A DNA stretch of 64,000 bases from positions 985 through 64,984 of the forward strand of contig CASIBX010000008.1 in assembly GCA_949373075.1 (NCBI GenBank), read 5' to 3'. The translations under genes were made by a program, and so were the position numbers. The stretch is from Candidatus Poseidoniaceae archaeon (GTDB lineage Archaea; Thermoplasmatota; Poseidoniia; Poseidoniales; Poseidoniaceae). Below, piece after piece: positions 9,544-19,086 of this stretch. Under the pieces are notes generated by a model. It did no database searches and was not told the DNA's origin. It was given only the letters and a program-made list of their open reading frames with translations. The number at the start of each line of letters is the position of its first letter. The first letter of the stretch is position 1.

Positions 9544-11721
9544 TTAATCATCTCGGCGTATCTTGAAAATCTTGATTTTAGCGAGTCCAGACAGTGTGAA
9601 AACATTCCTCAATCTTTGGGCAGCATCGGATAGAACATACATGAAATCCCCGAATAAGTTTCCTTTCGTCGGTAATGATCTTGCAGTTAGCATAATGAAT
9701 ACTCCAACAAACCACGCATAGAATAGCATAGACCACCCTTCTGTTAGAGTGCCTATTCCACCAAACCAGTCTTCAGGCAGTATTCCTTTGCCGGGCCATT
9801 CCTTGTTGGCTACTATGAATATAGCCAATAAAACGCCCATCAATGACTCACCTGCGATAAACCCGGCCCCGATTAAAACTCCTTTATCCTGGACTTCCTT
9901 AACAGCCGCTTTAGCCTCCTCAGATGTCTCACCTTCTAATGTATCATCTATTCTTAGCCGTGCACTAGATAAGAGTACATGCGAAATAATTCCTCCTGCC
10001 ATTATTGGTACTGAAAGGTACAGAGGTAGATATATTCCAATTGCAACACTCATTACAGGCATTGCTAATCTGATTAGGATAATCGCTATTACCCCACCTA
10101 GGAGTACCATTGGTAAATTCAAATCTCCACCAAATGCACCTTTGACAATCGCCCCAATAAGTTCTGCCTGTGGAGCCATTAAAGCATCATTAGCACAATC
10201 ATAAGTCGTGCCTTCTTGTAGTCCTGCATTGATACGTTCGTTGGTCCTTAGGCAAGCGGTTTGTGAAATTTGAAATGCATTGTGTAATATTGACAGAACC
10301 GGACCAATAACAATCGCTCCAACAACAACACCGATAATTTCAGCGGTTTGTTGTTTCCATGGCGTAGCGCCAACCATGTGGCCGGTCTTCAAATCCTGCA
10401 TCACATCACCAGCGATTGCGGCTGAAGTAGCAACAATGGCTGCAATAAACATTGTAGCAATCATCATCTCCCTTTCGGCCCATATTCATGATTAAGCCAC
10501 CAACAATCCATACAAGTCCGATTGTGAAAAGCAATGTTGCAATTGTCATACCGGATACTGGCGAGTTCGATGAACCCACAACTCCAGCGATATATCCGGC
10601 CACGGCTGCAAAGAAGAATGAAACCACTGCCAAGAATAGTGCGCCAGCAAATGCCATCGCCATGCTGCCAGTGGCATACCAATAGAATAGGAAAATCAGA
10701 TACGACTAAGTATCACCACAAAACATCATCACTTTATCCAAGGGCAGGTCCATTTCAGTCCGTAGGACTTTCTTGCATAGTGATCATCAGATTTCTTGAA
10801 GGACTGTGCAAGTCCCTTCGATGATGGTTTTGCGCATAGACCAAAGGGTGTATACTCCACCAACAACCATTGCACCGACGCCAACATACCTGAATCTGAC
10901 TATTCCAAACTAGCACCATAATCACCGGCTGTAGTAGATCCAAACATCTAATTACATTTGCTGGCGATCCAGATGGCAAAGCCGTTCATCAGACCGTATA
11001 TCGGCACTAACACTAGCAAAACCGACTACACCACCTAAGGAAGATGAAAGCAGCGATTCTTAATTCCAACGATATAACCCACAGAAAGTAGTGCGAGCGA
11101 TAAGTCGCTACCGGCATAGAATCTGGTTCCAACTAAACTTCCGACACCTTGTACCTTGGCTTGAGTTGCGGTGAATGCCTTGACCATCCAGCCGTAAGTC
11201 GCTCCAATTAGCAATGCATAAATGATTGCCACTAGTCCAGCGCCACCTTTTTCCCCAGCTACTAGAACCTCCTTGCATGCAACTCCTTCCGGATATGGCA
11301 ATGCTTCTTCAACAATAAATAAGCGCCTCAAGGCGATAGTAAACATGGTACCTAACAATCCTCCGAGTATTGCTATTAGGAAAGTATCAAGCCATTGAAT
11401 GTCATTCCAAATACCTATTACTAATAATGCAGGAACAGTAAAGATTACTCCAGCAGCCAATGATTCACCAGCACTCGCCATAGTCTGAACAGAGTTATTT
11501 TCTAAGATTGTTACATCTTTGAACTTAAATCCGCGTAATATCAGCATACTCATTACTGCTGCTGGAATGGATGCTGAAACGGTCATTCCAACGTAGAGTC
11601 CAAGATAAGCGTTAGCAGCTGTCATCACGCCGCCGAGTAGTACACCGATTATGATGACTCGAGTCGTGAGTTCCTTGATGTTACTATCAGCGGGAATCCA
11701 AGGCTCATTCTGCCCGCTCAT
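9544..11721 (-). pseudogene. OPT-family oligopeptide transporter, multiply frame-disrupted between about 10400 and 11065
   Basis: The N-terminal 228 codons are intact (11035..11721) and so are the C-terminal 307 codons (9544..10467, ...AIAGDVMQDLKTGHMVGATPWKQQ...). The middle is only readable by frame hopping: GIRIAAFIFL | GGVVG | LLVLVPIYGLMNGFAIWIA ... WNSQI | RYVGVGAMVVGGVYTLW. Confidence 0.85.
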
Positions 11722-11844
11722 AGGCTCCCCAATAGTATTCGCCTTGTGAAATAATCGGTTATGTCATTTTGGAACACCCACCCGTATAATGATAAAGTAT
11801 CTTATTTCCCCAAGTATAGAGCGACTTCGCTTTGGTGTTCAGTA

Positions 11845-14625
11845 ATGGATAACTTGTGGCATACTAAAAGTAGTGACGACGTATTATTGGAATTGGATAC
11901 TCCATTAGGCGGATTATCTTCTTCAGATGCTAATTCCCGTTTAGAAAAATATGGAGAAAATAAATTAGTTGAGCCAGTAAGAACGCATTGGTTCATTCGT
12001 TTTTTATCACAGTATCATGACCCAATGAGTTATCTTTTGATTGGCGCAGGTTTACTGGCACTAGCTATGCATCCGGACCAGCCAGGCGATGCCATTTTCA
12101 TAGCAATTGTACTCACAGCCAATGCTTTCTTTGGTTATTGGCAAGAAAATAAGGCCGAGCAAGAAATGGGAGCTCTCAAACAAATGACAATTTCTAACTG
12201 CATCGTATGCAGGGATGGTTTGGAAATGGAAATCAGTACCGTTGAACTAGTTCCTGGAGATATAGTAAAACTTGATGAGGGATTGAATGTACCAGCAGAT
12301 CTCAGAATCAGTGAATCTTGGCAGTGCAAAGTTGACGAATCTGCATTGACGGGAGAGTCGATGCCGACAAAGACTCACTCCGAACCACTACCACCGGAAA
12401 CCTTGCTAGCAGACCGCAGAAATATGCTTTACATGGGTACTACAATATCCACTGGCAGGTCAGTAGGTATAGTTACATCAACAGGCATGAGTACTGAGTT
12501 AGGTCGCATCGCTAGCGATATTGCCCAAGCCGAGACTCCAAAAACACCCCTAGAACACAAATTAGAATCACTAGGTAAATTCTTAGGATTCATTGCATTG
12601 TTCGTCGCTGCATTAATCGTATCTATCGAATTGATAATCACTTATTTCGAAGGTGGCCCCCTCTGGGCCGCTGCAGAAGAACAACTTCTAATCGCAATAG
12701 CAATTTTCGTAGCTATTGTACCTGAAGGATTGCCGATAATTCTGGTGACCACATTAGCCATTGGAATGCGCAATATGGCCAGGCACAAAGCCATAATCCG
12801 TCGCATGAAAGCAGTTGAGACCTTGGGTTCAACTACCGTTATTTGTACCGATAAAACTGGCACACTAACCAAAAACCAAATGACTGTTCGTCAACTAATG
12901 CTTCCGAATCGCACATATGGAATTAGTGGCGAAGGTTTTGAGCCAGTCGGTAACCTAACTACGGATGGCGTAGACCTTTCGAGTGAAGAAATGTCGTTGC
13001 TTCAGCAGGACTTAGGATTCCGTCTAGCAGCCACCTGTTTGTCCCTTTGCCACAATTCTCAAATCGCCGAGGTTGATGGTGTTTGGTCTGCCATTGGAGA
13101 TCCAACCGATAGTGCATGTGCGGTACTAGGTTACAAAATAAATGGGTCTGTTTCTAAGTTTGCGCAGAGACACCCTAGAACTCATGAGTTCTTCTTCGAT
13201 ACTGAAAGAAAGAGGATGTCTGTAATTCACGATTATGAAGGTGAGCAATGGGTATTCTCTAAAGGTGGTGCTGGTGGATACAAGGATTTGGTTAAGTGGA
13301 AATCTCTCAATGGAGAGATATTACCTATAGCTGATGGTGATATTGAAAATGCAACTTTAGCCAATAAAAATATGGCTAGTAAAGCAATGCGTGTAATTGC
13401 ACTTTGTGCACGTAAAGTGGAGGAAGGCGAAGACATCACAGATATGCACTCGATGGAGAAAAATCTCGTGTTCTTAGGAATGGTCGGCATAATCGACCCG
13501 CCACGCGCTGAAGTATATGATGCGATTAAAAGATGCCAAAATGCAGGTATTCGGGTCAAGATGATTACTGGCGACCAACACATGACTGCCCAGTCGATCG
13601 GAGAGGATTTGAATATCACAAAACCACATATTGATGCAGTTGGCGGCGAACGTTTAGAGAAATTAGATGATTCTGCCATGAGGGATATTGTTGGTAGTAC
13701 TACAATTTTCAGTAGAGTGACTCCCGAACAAAAAATGCGTATTGTTACCGCATTACAAGATGAAGGTGAAGTGGTCGCAATGACAGGCGATGGTGTCAAT
13801 GATGCACCCGCCTTGTCTAGGGCTAACATTGGTATATCCATGGGTATTTCTGGCACAGACGTCGCCAAGGACGCCTCTGACATGGTATTACAAGATGATA
13901 ATTTTGCGAACATAGTTAATGCAGTCGAAGAAGGGCGCAAAATCTATGCTAATATTCGCAATTTCGTGAGATATCAAGTTTCGACAAATGTTGCTGCGGT
14001 TGTTTTACTACTATTGGCGAATATTGTATTCCAATGGCCTTTGCCGCTCACCGCCACTCAAATTTTAGTAATCAACATACTGATGGATGGACCTCCTGCC
14101 GTTGCCCTGGGTGTCGAAAGAATGCACTCAAACGTGATGGACAGGCCCCCGCGCCCAGTCACTGAGGCATTGCCAAATGTGATGGATCTATTACTCATAT
14201 TCTACCTTGGGGCTGTGATGGTCACAGGAACATTGATTGTATACTATGTGGCATTGAGTAATGGTAGTGAAGAATACGCTAGAACAATGTGTTTCAGCGT
14301 ATTTATTATCTTCCAACTATTCAATGTGATGAATTGTAGAAGTGGAGAGGATAGTGTATTCAAACTAGGACTATTCTCAAACCGAGCGATTTATCTAGCT
14401 ATATTCTTCTCTATGAGTTTGCTCATATTAGCCGTCCAGGGCGCTGAACTTACAATTCCTTTGACTTCATTCGAGTTAGGCGAATTACTCTCTACAACAC
14501 CCCTTGAACGCGCTGATTGGTTTGTTGTAATTGTTGTAGCTAGTTCCGTATTCATGGTTGAAGAATTCCGTAAATTATTGAACTCCGCTGGTGTATTCCG
14601 TGTTGGGACCAGTCGCCGCAATTAA
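11845..14625 (+). CDS. P-type cation-transporting ATPase (type II, Ca2+/Na+-ATPase-like)
   Basis: TGES, PEGLP in M4, ICTDKTGTLTKNQM phosphorylation site, MITGDQ, and the MTGDGVNDAPAL hinge. About 10 TM helices. The ATG at 11845 (MDNLWHTKSSDDVL...) is preferred over the track start at 11761. Confidence 0.92.
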   Translation: MDNLWHTKSSDDVLLELDTPLGGLSSSDANSRLEKYGENKLVEPVRTHWFIRFLSQYHDPMSYLLIGAGLLALAMHPDQPGDAIFIAIVLTANAFFGYWQENKAEQEMGALKQMTISNCIVCRDGLEMEISTVELVPGDIVKLDEGLNVPADLRISESWQCKVDESALTGESMPTKTHSEPLPPETLLADRRNMLYMGTTISTGRSVGIVTSTGMSTELGRIASDIAQAETPKTPLEHKLESLGKFLGFIALFVAALIVSIELIITYFEGGPLWAAAEEQLLIAIAIFVAIVPEGLPIILVTTLAIGMRNMARHKAIIRRMKAVETLGSTTVICTDKTGTLTKNQMTVRQLMLPNRTYGISGEGFEPVGNLTTDGVDLSSEEMSLLQQDLGFRLAATCLSLCHNSQIAEVDGVWSAIGDPTDSACAVLGYKINGSVSKFAQRHPRTHEFFFDTERKRMSVIHDYEGEQWVFSKGGAGGYKDLVKWKSLNGEILPIADGDIENATLANKNMASKAMRVIALCARKVEEGEDITDMHSMEKNLVFLGMVGIIDPPRAEVYDAIKRCQNAGIRVKMITGDQHMTAQSIGEDLNITKPHIDAVGGERLEKLDDSAMRDIVGSTTIFSRVTPEQKMRIVTALQDEGEVVAMTGDGVNDAPALSRANIGISMGISGTDVAKDASDMVLQDDNFANIVNAVEEGRKIYANIRNFVRYQVSTNVAAVVLLLLANIVFQWPLPLTATQILVINILMDGPPAVALGVERMHSNVMDRPPRPVTEALPNVMDLLLIFYLGAVMVTGTLIVYYVALSNGSEEYARTMCFSVFIIFQLFNVMNCRSGEDSVFKLGLFSNRAIYLAIFFSMSLLILAVQGAELTIPLTSFELGELLSTTPLERADWFVVIVVASSVFMVEEFRKLLNSAGVFRVGTSRRN

Positions 14626-14662
14626 GGGTTGGATTCAATAATAACCGTCCCTGCGCCATATC

Positions 14663-15853
14663 ATGGCTGCTGGTGAGTTCTCCGGTTGGAGAGAAAAGCT
14701 CTCAACATCCCTACTTGCTGAACAATGGCCCGATGAATTACAAAGCATAGTTACCAAACTTGCAAACGGAGTTTCATTAAACCGTGAAGATGGGCACATA
14801 TTGTTCAATTCAAAAAATTTAGATTCGATAGGAAGCATTGCAAACATCATCAAGTACTCTCGTTTTGAAGATAGAGCTTTTTTCAATGTCAACGTTCACA
14901 TAAATCAGACCAATATTTGCACTCTAGCGTGTAAGTTTTGTGCATTCCGCCGTGGCCGTAGGGCCCCAGACGCATATCAACTAGATGTTGACGAATACAT
15001 AGAGGATTTAAGACAATATTCAGATCATGTGGATGAAGTACACTCTGTAGGCGGGCTGCACCCCGAATGGGATGTTGAACATTACATGAAATTGTTTTCA
15101 TCAGTGAAGAAAGAATTTCCAGACATACACATCAAAGCACTTACTGCTGTTGAAATCAAACACCTAGCCAACTTATCTGGCCTATCGATTAAAGATACTT
15201 TGAGTTCATTACACGACTCAGGATTAGACTCTTTGCCAGGCGGAGGTGCTGAAATTTTAGATGATGAAGTACGCCGAATAATATGTAATGGTAAAGAGTC
15301 GTCACAAGAGTATCTTGATATTCATAGAACAGCCCATGAATTAGGCATTCCAACAAATTGTACAATGCTATTTGGTACAGTTGAATCCATTGACCAAAGA
15401 TTAACTCACCTTCTAAGGCTCAGGGAGTTACAATCAGAATCAAATGGATTCCAATGTTTCGTGCCCTACCCGTACTTACCGGATGATTCTCGCCTGCCGC
15501 AGGCTCAATTGGCCACAGGTACAGAAGTACTGCGAATGATAGCAATATCGCGCATCATGTTAGATAATATCCCTCATATCAAAGCCTACAGAATGAATAT
15601 CGGCGACGAGATTGCTGAATTGGCTCTTAGGTTTGGAGCAGATGATATCGACGGCACTGTCCAAAAAGAATCGATTATGCATTTGGCCGGTTCTAAAGCA
15701 CCATTAGACCACGACAAGGCTCAGTTAGCAAAACTGGTGATTGATGCAGGCGCAAGGCCTATCCGTAGAAATACAGTTTATTCATCTTTTGAAGAATACA
15801 TAATACCAAAAGTAACCAAAACACGAAATCTCCGTATGGCGGCTGGTGATTGA
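14663..15853 (+). CDS. radical SAM enzyme of the futalosine pathway (MqnE/MqnC family)
   Basis: INQTNICTLACKFCAF (CxxxCxxC cluster) and a conserved C-terminus, ALRFGADDIDGTVQKESIMHLAG. It is adjacent to mqnA. I cannot separate MqnE from MqnC by eye. Confidence 0.8.
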   Translation: MAAGEFSGWREKLSTSLLAEQWPDELQSIVTKLANGVSLNREDGHILFNSKNLDSIGSIANIIKYSRFEDRAFFNVNVHINQTNICTLACKFCAFRRGRRAPDAYQLDVDEYIEDLRQYSDHVDEVHSVGGLHPEWDVEHYMKLFSSVKKEFPDIHIKALTAVEIKHLANLSGLSIKDTLSSLHDSGLDSLPGGGAEILDDEVRRIICNGKESSQEYLDIHRTAHELGIPTNCTMLFGTVESIDQRLTHLLRLRELQSESNGFQCFVPYPYLPDDSRLPQAQLATGTEVLRMIAISRIMLDNIPHIKAYRMNIGDEIAELALRFGADDIDGTVQKESIMHLAGSKAPLDHDKAQLAKLVIDAGARPIRRNTVYSSFEEYIIPKVTKTRNLRMAAGD

Positions 15854-16640
15854 TGTGTGGAATCGAACTATAGGTCGGGTTGCATTCATCAATTGCGACC
15901 CATTATTTCATGGATTAGATGAATCCTGGAATGTTCTACCCGCACCACCTTCTTGGTTAACTGGACATTTGTTACGTAAGGACTGTATTATTGCGCCAAT
16001 ACCTGCGGCAGATTATGCCAAAAATTCCGATGAGTTAGTTCTAATTCCAGATCTTGCTATATCTAGCAAGGGAGAAGTCGGAAGTGTCCTCTTATTTGGT
16101 TCGGTAAATGTAGAGGATATGAAATCAATCGCATTGCCCTCTGATTCTGCAACTTCAGTTGCTCTATTGAGACATTTAATCAAGTTACGAGGCTTAAACC
16201 CCGAATTTATTGAAATGGGACCTGATTTAGAGGGCATGCTGGATAAATGCGATGGATGCTTACTAATTGGAGATAGAGCCCTTGAGGAGTCTTCAGATAA
16301 TCCAAAACTAGTGAAAATGGATCTAGGTTCTGAATGGAGGAAAGTTAGTGGCCACCCGATGGTATTCGGTGTTTTTGCAGCAAGGAAGGACTCTGACGTA
16401 ACATTAGTTAAATCCGCTCATGCTGCACTTATGGAGCGACTTGTGAAATTTGAAAACGACAGTATGACTCGCAGCGAAGTCATTCGGGCTAGCAGCATCA
16501 AATCGTCTCAGAGCGTAGAAAGACTAGAGACCTATTTTGGTGAAGTAATCAATAGAATTGACCCTGAAGACATGGGGGGATTGAAAGCATTCCTAAATGA
16601 GGCCTGTGGGATGATTAAGGTCCCATCTATGGCTTGGTAA
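15846..16640 (+). CDS. mqnA: chorismate dehydratase MqnA-like (periplasmic-binding-protein fold)
   Basis: IGRVAFINCDPLFHGL...APIPAADY...ISSKGEVGSVLLF fits the MqnA pattern. The GTG start overlaps the upstream radical SAM gene by 8 nt. Confidence 0.7.
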   Translation: MIDVWNRTIGRVAFINCDPLFHGLDESWNVLPAPPSWLTGHLLRKDCIIAPIPAADYAKNSDELVLIPDLAISSKGEVGSVLLFGSVNVEDMKSIALPSDSATSVALLRHLIKLRGLNPEFIEMGPDLEGMLDKCDGCLLIGDRALEESSDNPKLVKMDLGSEWRKVSGHPMVFGVFAARKDSDVTLVKSAHAALMERLVKFENDSMTRSEVIRASSIKSSQSVERLETYFGEVINRIDPEDMGGLKAFLNEACGMIKVPSMAW

Positions 16641-19034
16641 TCATTCATCAGATAGGAAATCAGACACGAGATCACCTTGCATCTTTTCCTCATCTATGTT
16701 ATTATCATCAGAAGTTGACTTTTTCTTTCTTCTGACTGGTTTGCGTTTCTTCTTTTTCTCTTGTTTATCCTGCTCTTCAACTACATCAACTGTAGTCTCT
16801 TCAACAGTTTCAACTACAGTCTCAATAATATCATCATCAGTTTCCACTACCGAGATATCTAATTCGTGTTCATTCTTACGGACCTTACGAGTTTTAATTG
16901 CTTTTTCAACAGGCACTGCTACCCTTTTCTTAGTGATTACTGTTTTATTTTCATCTTTAGATGCCAATTTCTTTCTTTTTGTTTTCATAACAGGGCCATC
17001 TCTATTCAAATCCATATCTGTTGAGACTTGTCTTTTCTTGGCGAGAACCGGAGTTTCTGCAGAGGTGCTGTACATACTACGCTTCTTTGAAGGTGGTGTC
17101 CGTTTCGGCGGAGTTCTATCGGCGGTAGGTTGTTTACTTCCCAAATCATCACTTTCAACATTCAAATCCGCAGCGATTTCACTTTCATCCACTTCATCTT
17201 CTAAGTCGAATTCAATCGCATTTTCTCGGCGTATGAACAGTAGAGCGCACATGGATAGTACTCCGAAGTATAGTAAGAAAGCAACCGGGTGAATGGCCCA
17301 AGATACTATGTTTTCCAAAATAGTAGGTTCTACCTCGACGTACTTTTCCAGAGTAACTCCACCTGTAGAATCACCGTTATTCCACCATAATGGAATATTT
17401 TGTGAAATGGCTCCGTCTCCAGTATATGTTACTGCAATTGGATGTGCGGGAGCTAGCCATGCTATTGACCCGTCCGTAGGCATGGGCTGTTCAAGTAATG
17501 AGATATCAACAGGTAGTGAAATAGTACTCGAATAGCTGAAGGTTGTAATTATAGATAGAGTGATTTGTGTTGTGGAATCTCCTTTTCTAATCATTTCCAA
17601 ACCGGAAACAACAATACAATCGATTGTTGCATCGCCAAGTTCACCATTAGATAGGTAAATTGACTCTCTCCATTGTTCAATTATATCGTTTTGGTCAATG
17701 TTGGCACACATCGCGCTAGCGAATAATTCTGCCTCATTTGCACTTATTTTTTGGTCGGCTGCTAATGCACTACGGCTCAAATTACGGATGTGGCTGGAAT
17801 GTTCAGTTGGTAATGTTATACTGTCCGAAATAGTAAAACTATCAGCCACATCTATCGTGATACTCCTGATTTTTGAAAGTTCGGGATATCTGGAGCAAGG
17901 TGTCCCGATAGGTGCGTCGCAACCAATATCATCATCCCATTGGTCAATTATGCCATCGCCGTCATCATCATTATCGAGGTTGTCTGGGACTGAATCTCCG
18001 TCTAAGTCAGCACCTGGTTCATTGAAGCCATCGGGAATTGATTCCCTTAGATAAACGGCTAATTGCCCCGTACCTGCCGCCACATACAATGCCTGTAGTC
18101 TACCAAAGTCGTCATCGATAAAGGCTATGTCCTTTATTTCATGGAAAAAATTAGTTCTTTTAATTTCACTGAAACTTTGATAATCATAGGTTAATAGCCC
18201 TTTGAATACATCTGAATCACAAGAGATGTGCATTCGAGTACCAATCTCTGAAAACAGTATTTGTTGTGCGCCATTTACTTGAATCAAATGGTTTTCAGAT
18301 CCAGATAATGTTCTTGACATCAAACTACCATCCCGGCCCAACAAGACAATATCTTGTCCGTCAGGGCTGAACTTACAATCGATGAGTTCTTCGCCATAAT
18401 CTCGTGCAACTCCTTGTAAATATCCACTAGAGTTCCACATGGCATAACGACCTGATTCATCACCTGTAACAATATATTCTCCATCATACCTGAAGTCAAT
18501 ACAAGTGATATCCACATTATGAACTCCATAAAGGGTGTCTTTTACCGACAAATCCGATGTGCGGTAGAACTCCACATCGCCTTCTGGCCCAGGCGCTGCA
18601 ATATATTGACCATCAGGGCTCCAAGCAATGTCGACTGCTCTATCATCAGCTAGAGCGTTTTGGTCCAACACTGTCAAGGATGAGATTTCAATCAACTTTA
18701 GTGACTCCCTAACTTGGACGCTGGAGCCTTTGTTTATTGCTAGCAATTCACCATTTGGTGAAAACTCCATTGCAGATACTCTTCCAAATGGGAAACTAGT
18801 AATTTTATCCAATGTTTCAGCATCGAATAACACAACTTCACCACCATGCACAGAGGCCAAAATCGTATTGTTGGTATTAATTGCAACCATATCTCCTTCG
18901 TCTACATCATAAGATGACCATGTTGAATCCATGTATGTTAATCCAGTGGGCACTGCTGATGACATTGGCATAAACAGCACAATAATTACCATCGCGATTA
19001 GGGTACTTCTATTTCTCAAAAAACCCCTCCACAA
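16641..19034 (-). CDS. membrane-anchored surface protein: signal peptide, WD40-like beta-propeller, Asp-rich calcium-binding (thrombospondin type 3-like) segment, TM helix, Lys/Glu-rich cytoplasmic tail
   Basis: N-terminus MWRGFLRNRSTLIAMVIIVLFMPMSSA. Repeated SPDG/SPNGE...D blades. DLDGDSVPDNLDNDDDGDGIIDQWDDD. TM helix VAFLLYFGVLSMCALLFI. The tail is rich in K, E and D. Confidence 0.7.
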   Translation of the reverse strand: MWRGFLRNRSTLIAMVIIVLFMPMSSAVPTGLTYMDSTWSSYDVDEGDMVAINTNNTILASVHGGEVVLFDAETLDKITSFPFGRVSAMEFSPNGELLAINKGSSVQVRESLKLIEISSLTVLDQNALADDRAVDIAWSPDGQYIAAPGPEGDVEFYRTSDLSVKDTLYGVHNVDITCIDFRYDGEYIVTGDESGRYAMWNSSGYLQGVARDYGEELIDCKFSPDGQDIVLLGRDGSLMSRTLSGSENHLIQVNGAQQILFSEIGTRMHISCDSDVFKGLLTYDYQSFSEIKRTNFFHEIKDIAFIDDDFGRLQALYVAAGTGQLAVYLRESIPDGFNEPGADLDGDSVPDNLDNDDDGDGIIDQWDDDIGCDAPIGTPCSRYPELSKIRSITIDVADSFTISDSITLPTEHSSHIRNLSRSALAADQKISANEAELFASAMCANIDQNDIIEQWRESIYLSNGELGDATIDCIVVSGLEMIRKGDSTTQITLSIITTFSYSSTISLPVDISLLEQPMPTDGSIAWLAPAHPIAVTYTGDGAISQNIPLWWNNGDSTGGVTLEKYVEVEPTILENIVSWAIHPVAFLLYFGVLSMCALLFIRRENAIEFDLEDEVDESEIAADLNVESDDLGSKQPTADRTPPKRTPPSKKRSMYSTSAETPVLAKKRQVSTDMDLNRDGPVMKTKRKKLASKDENKTVITKKRVAVPVEKAIKTRKVRKNEHELDISVVETDDDIIETVVETVEETTVDVVEEQDKQEKKKKRKPVRRKKKSTSDDNNIDEEKMQGDLVSDFLSDE

Positions 19035-19086
19035 TTCTTGTTAGAACCATTAACCTTGAAAGCATAACGGAGGATATAACGATATT

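Noticed and set aside
13233-13940. Long antisense ORFs inside confidently assigned genes. Examples: 13233..13940(-) in the P-type ATPase, 30521..31225(+) in PAN, 35932..36735(-) in the MFS gene, 51713..52435(-) in the ABC permease, 28773..29333(+) in the cyclodeaminase, 16696..17292(+) in the WD40 gene, and 6542..7162(+) opposite the hypothetical and tal genes.
   Set aside because: Each lies entirely within a gene whose translation carries strong family motifs on the other strand. Their own translations are low-complexity (Ser/Pro/Ile-rich) shadow-frame sequence with no motifs.
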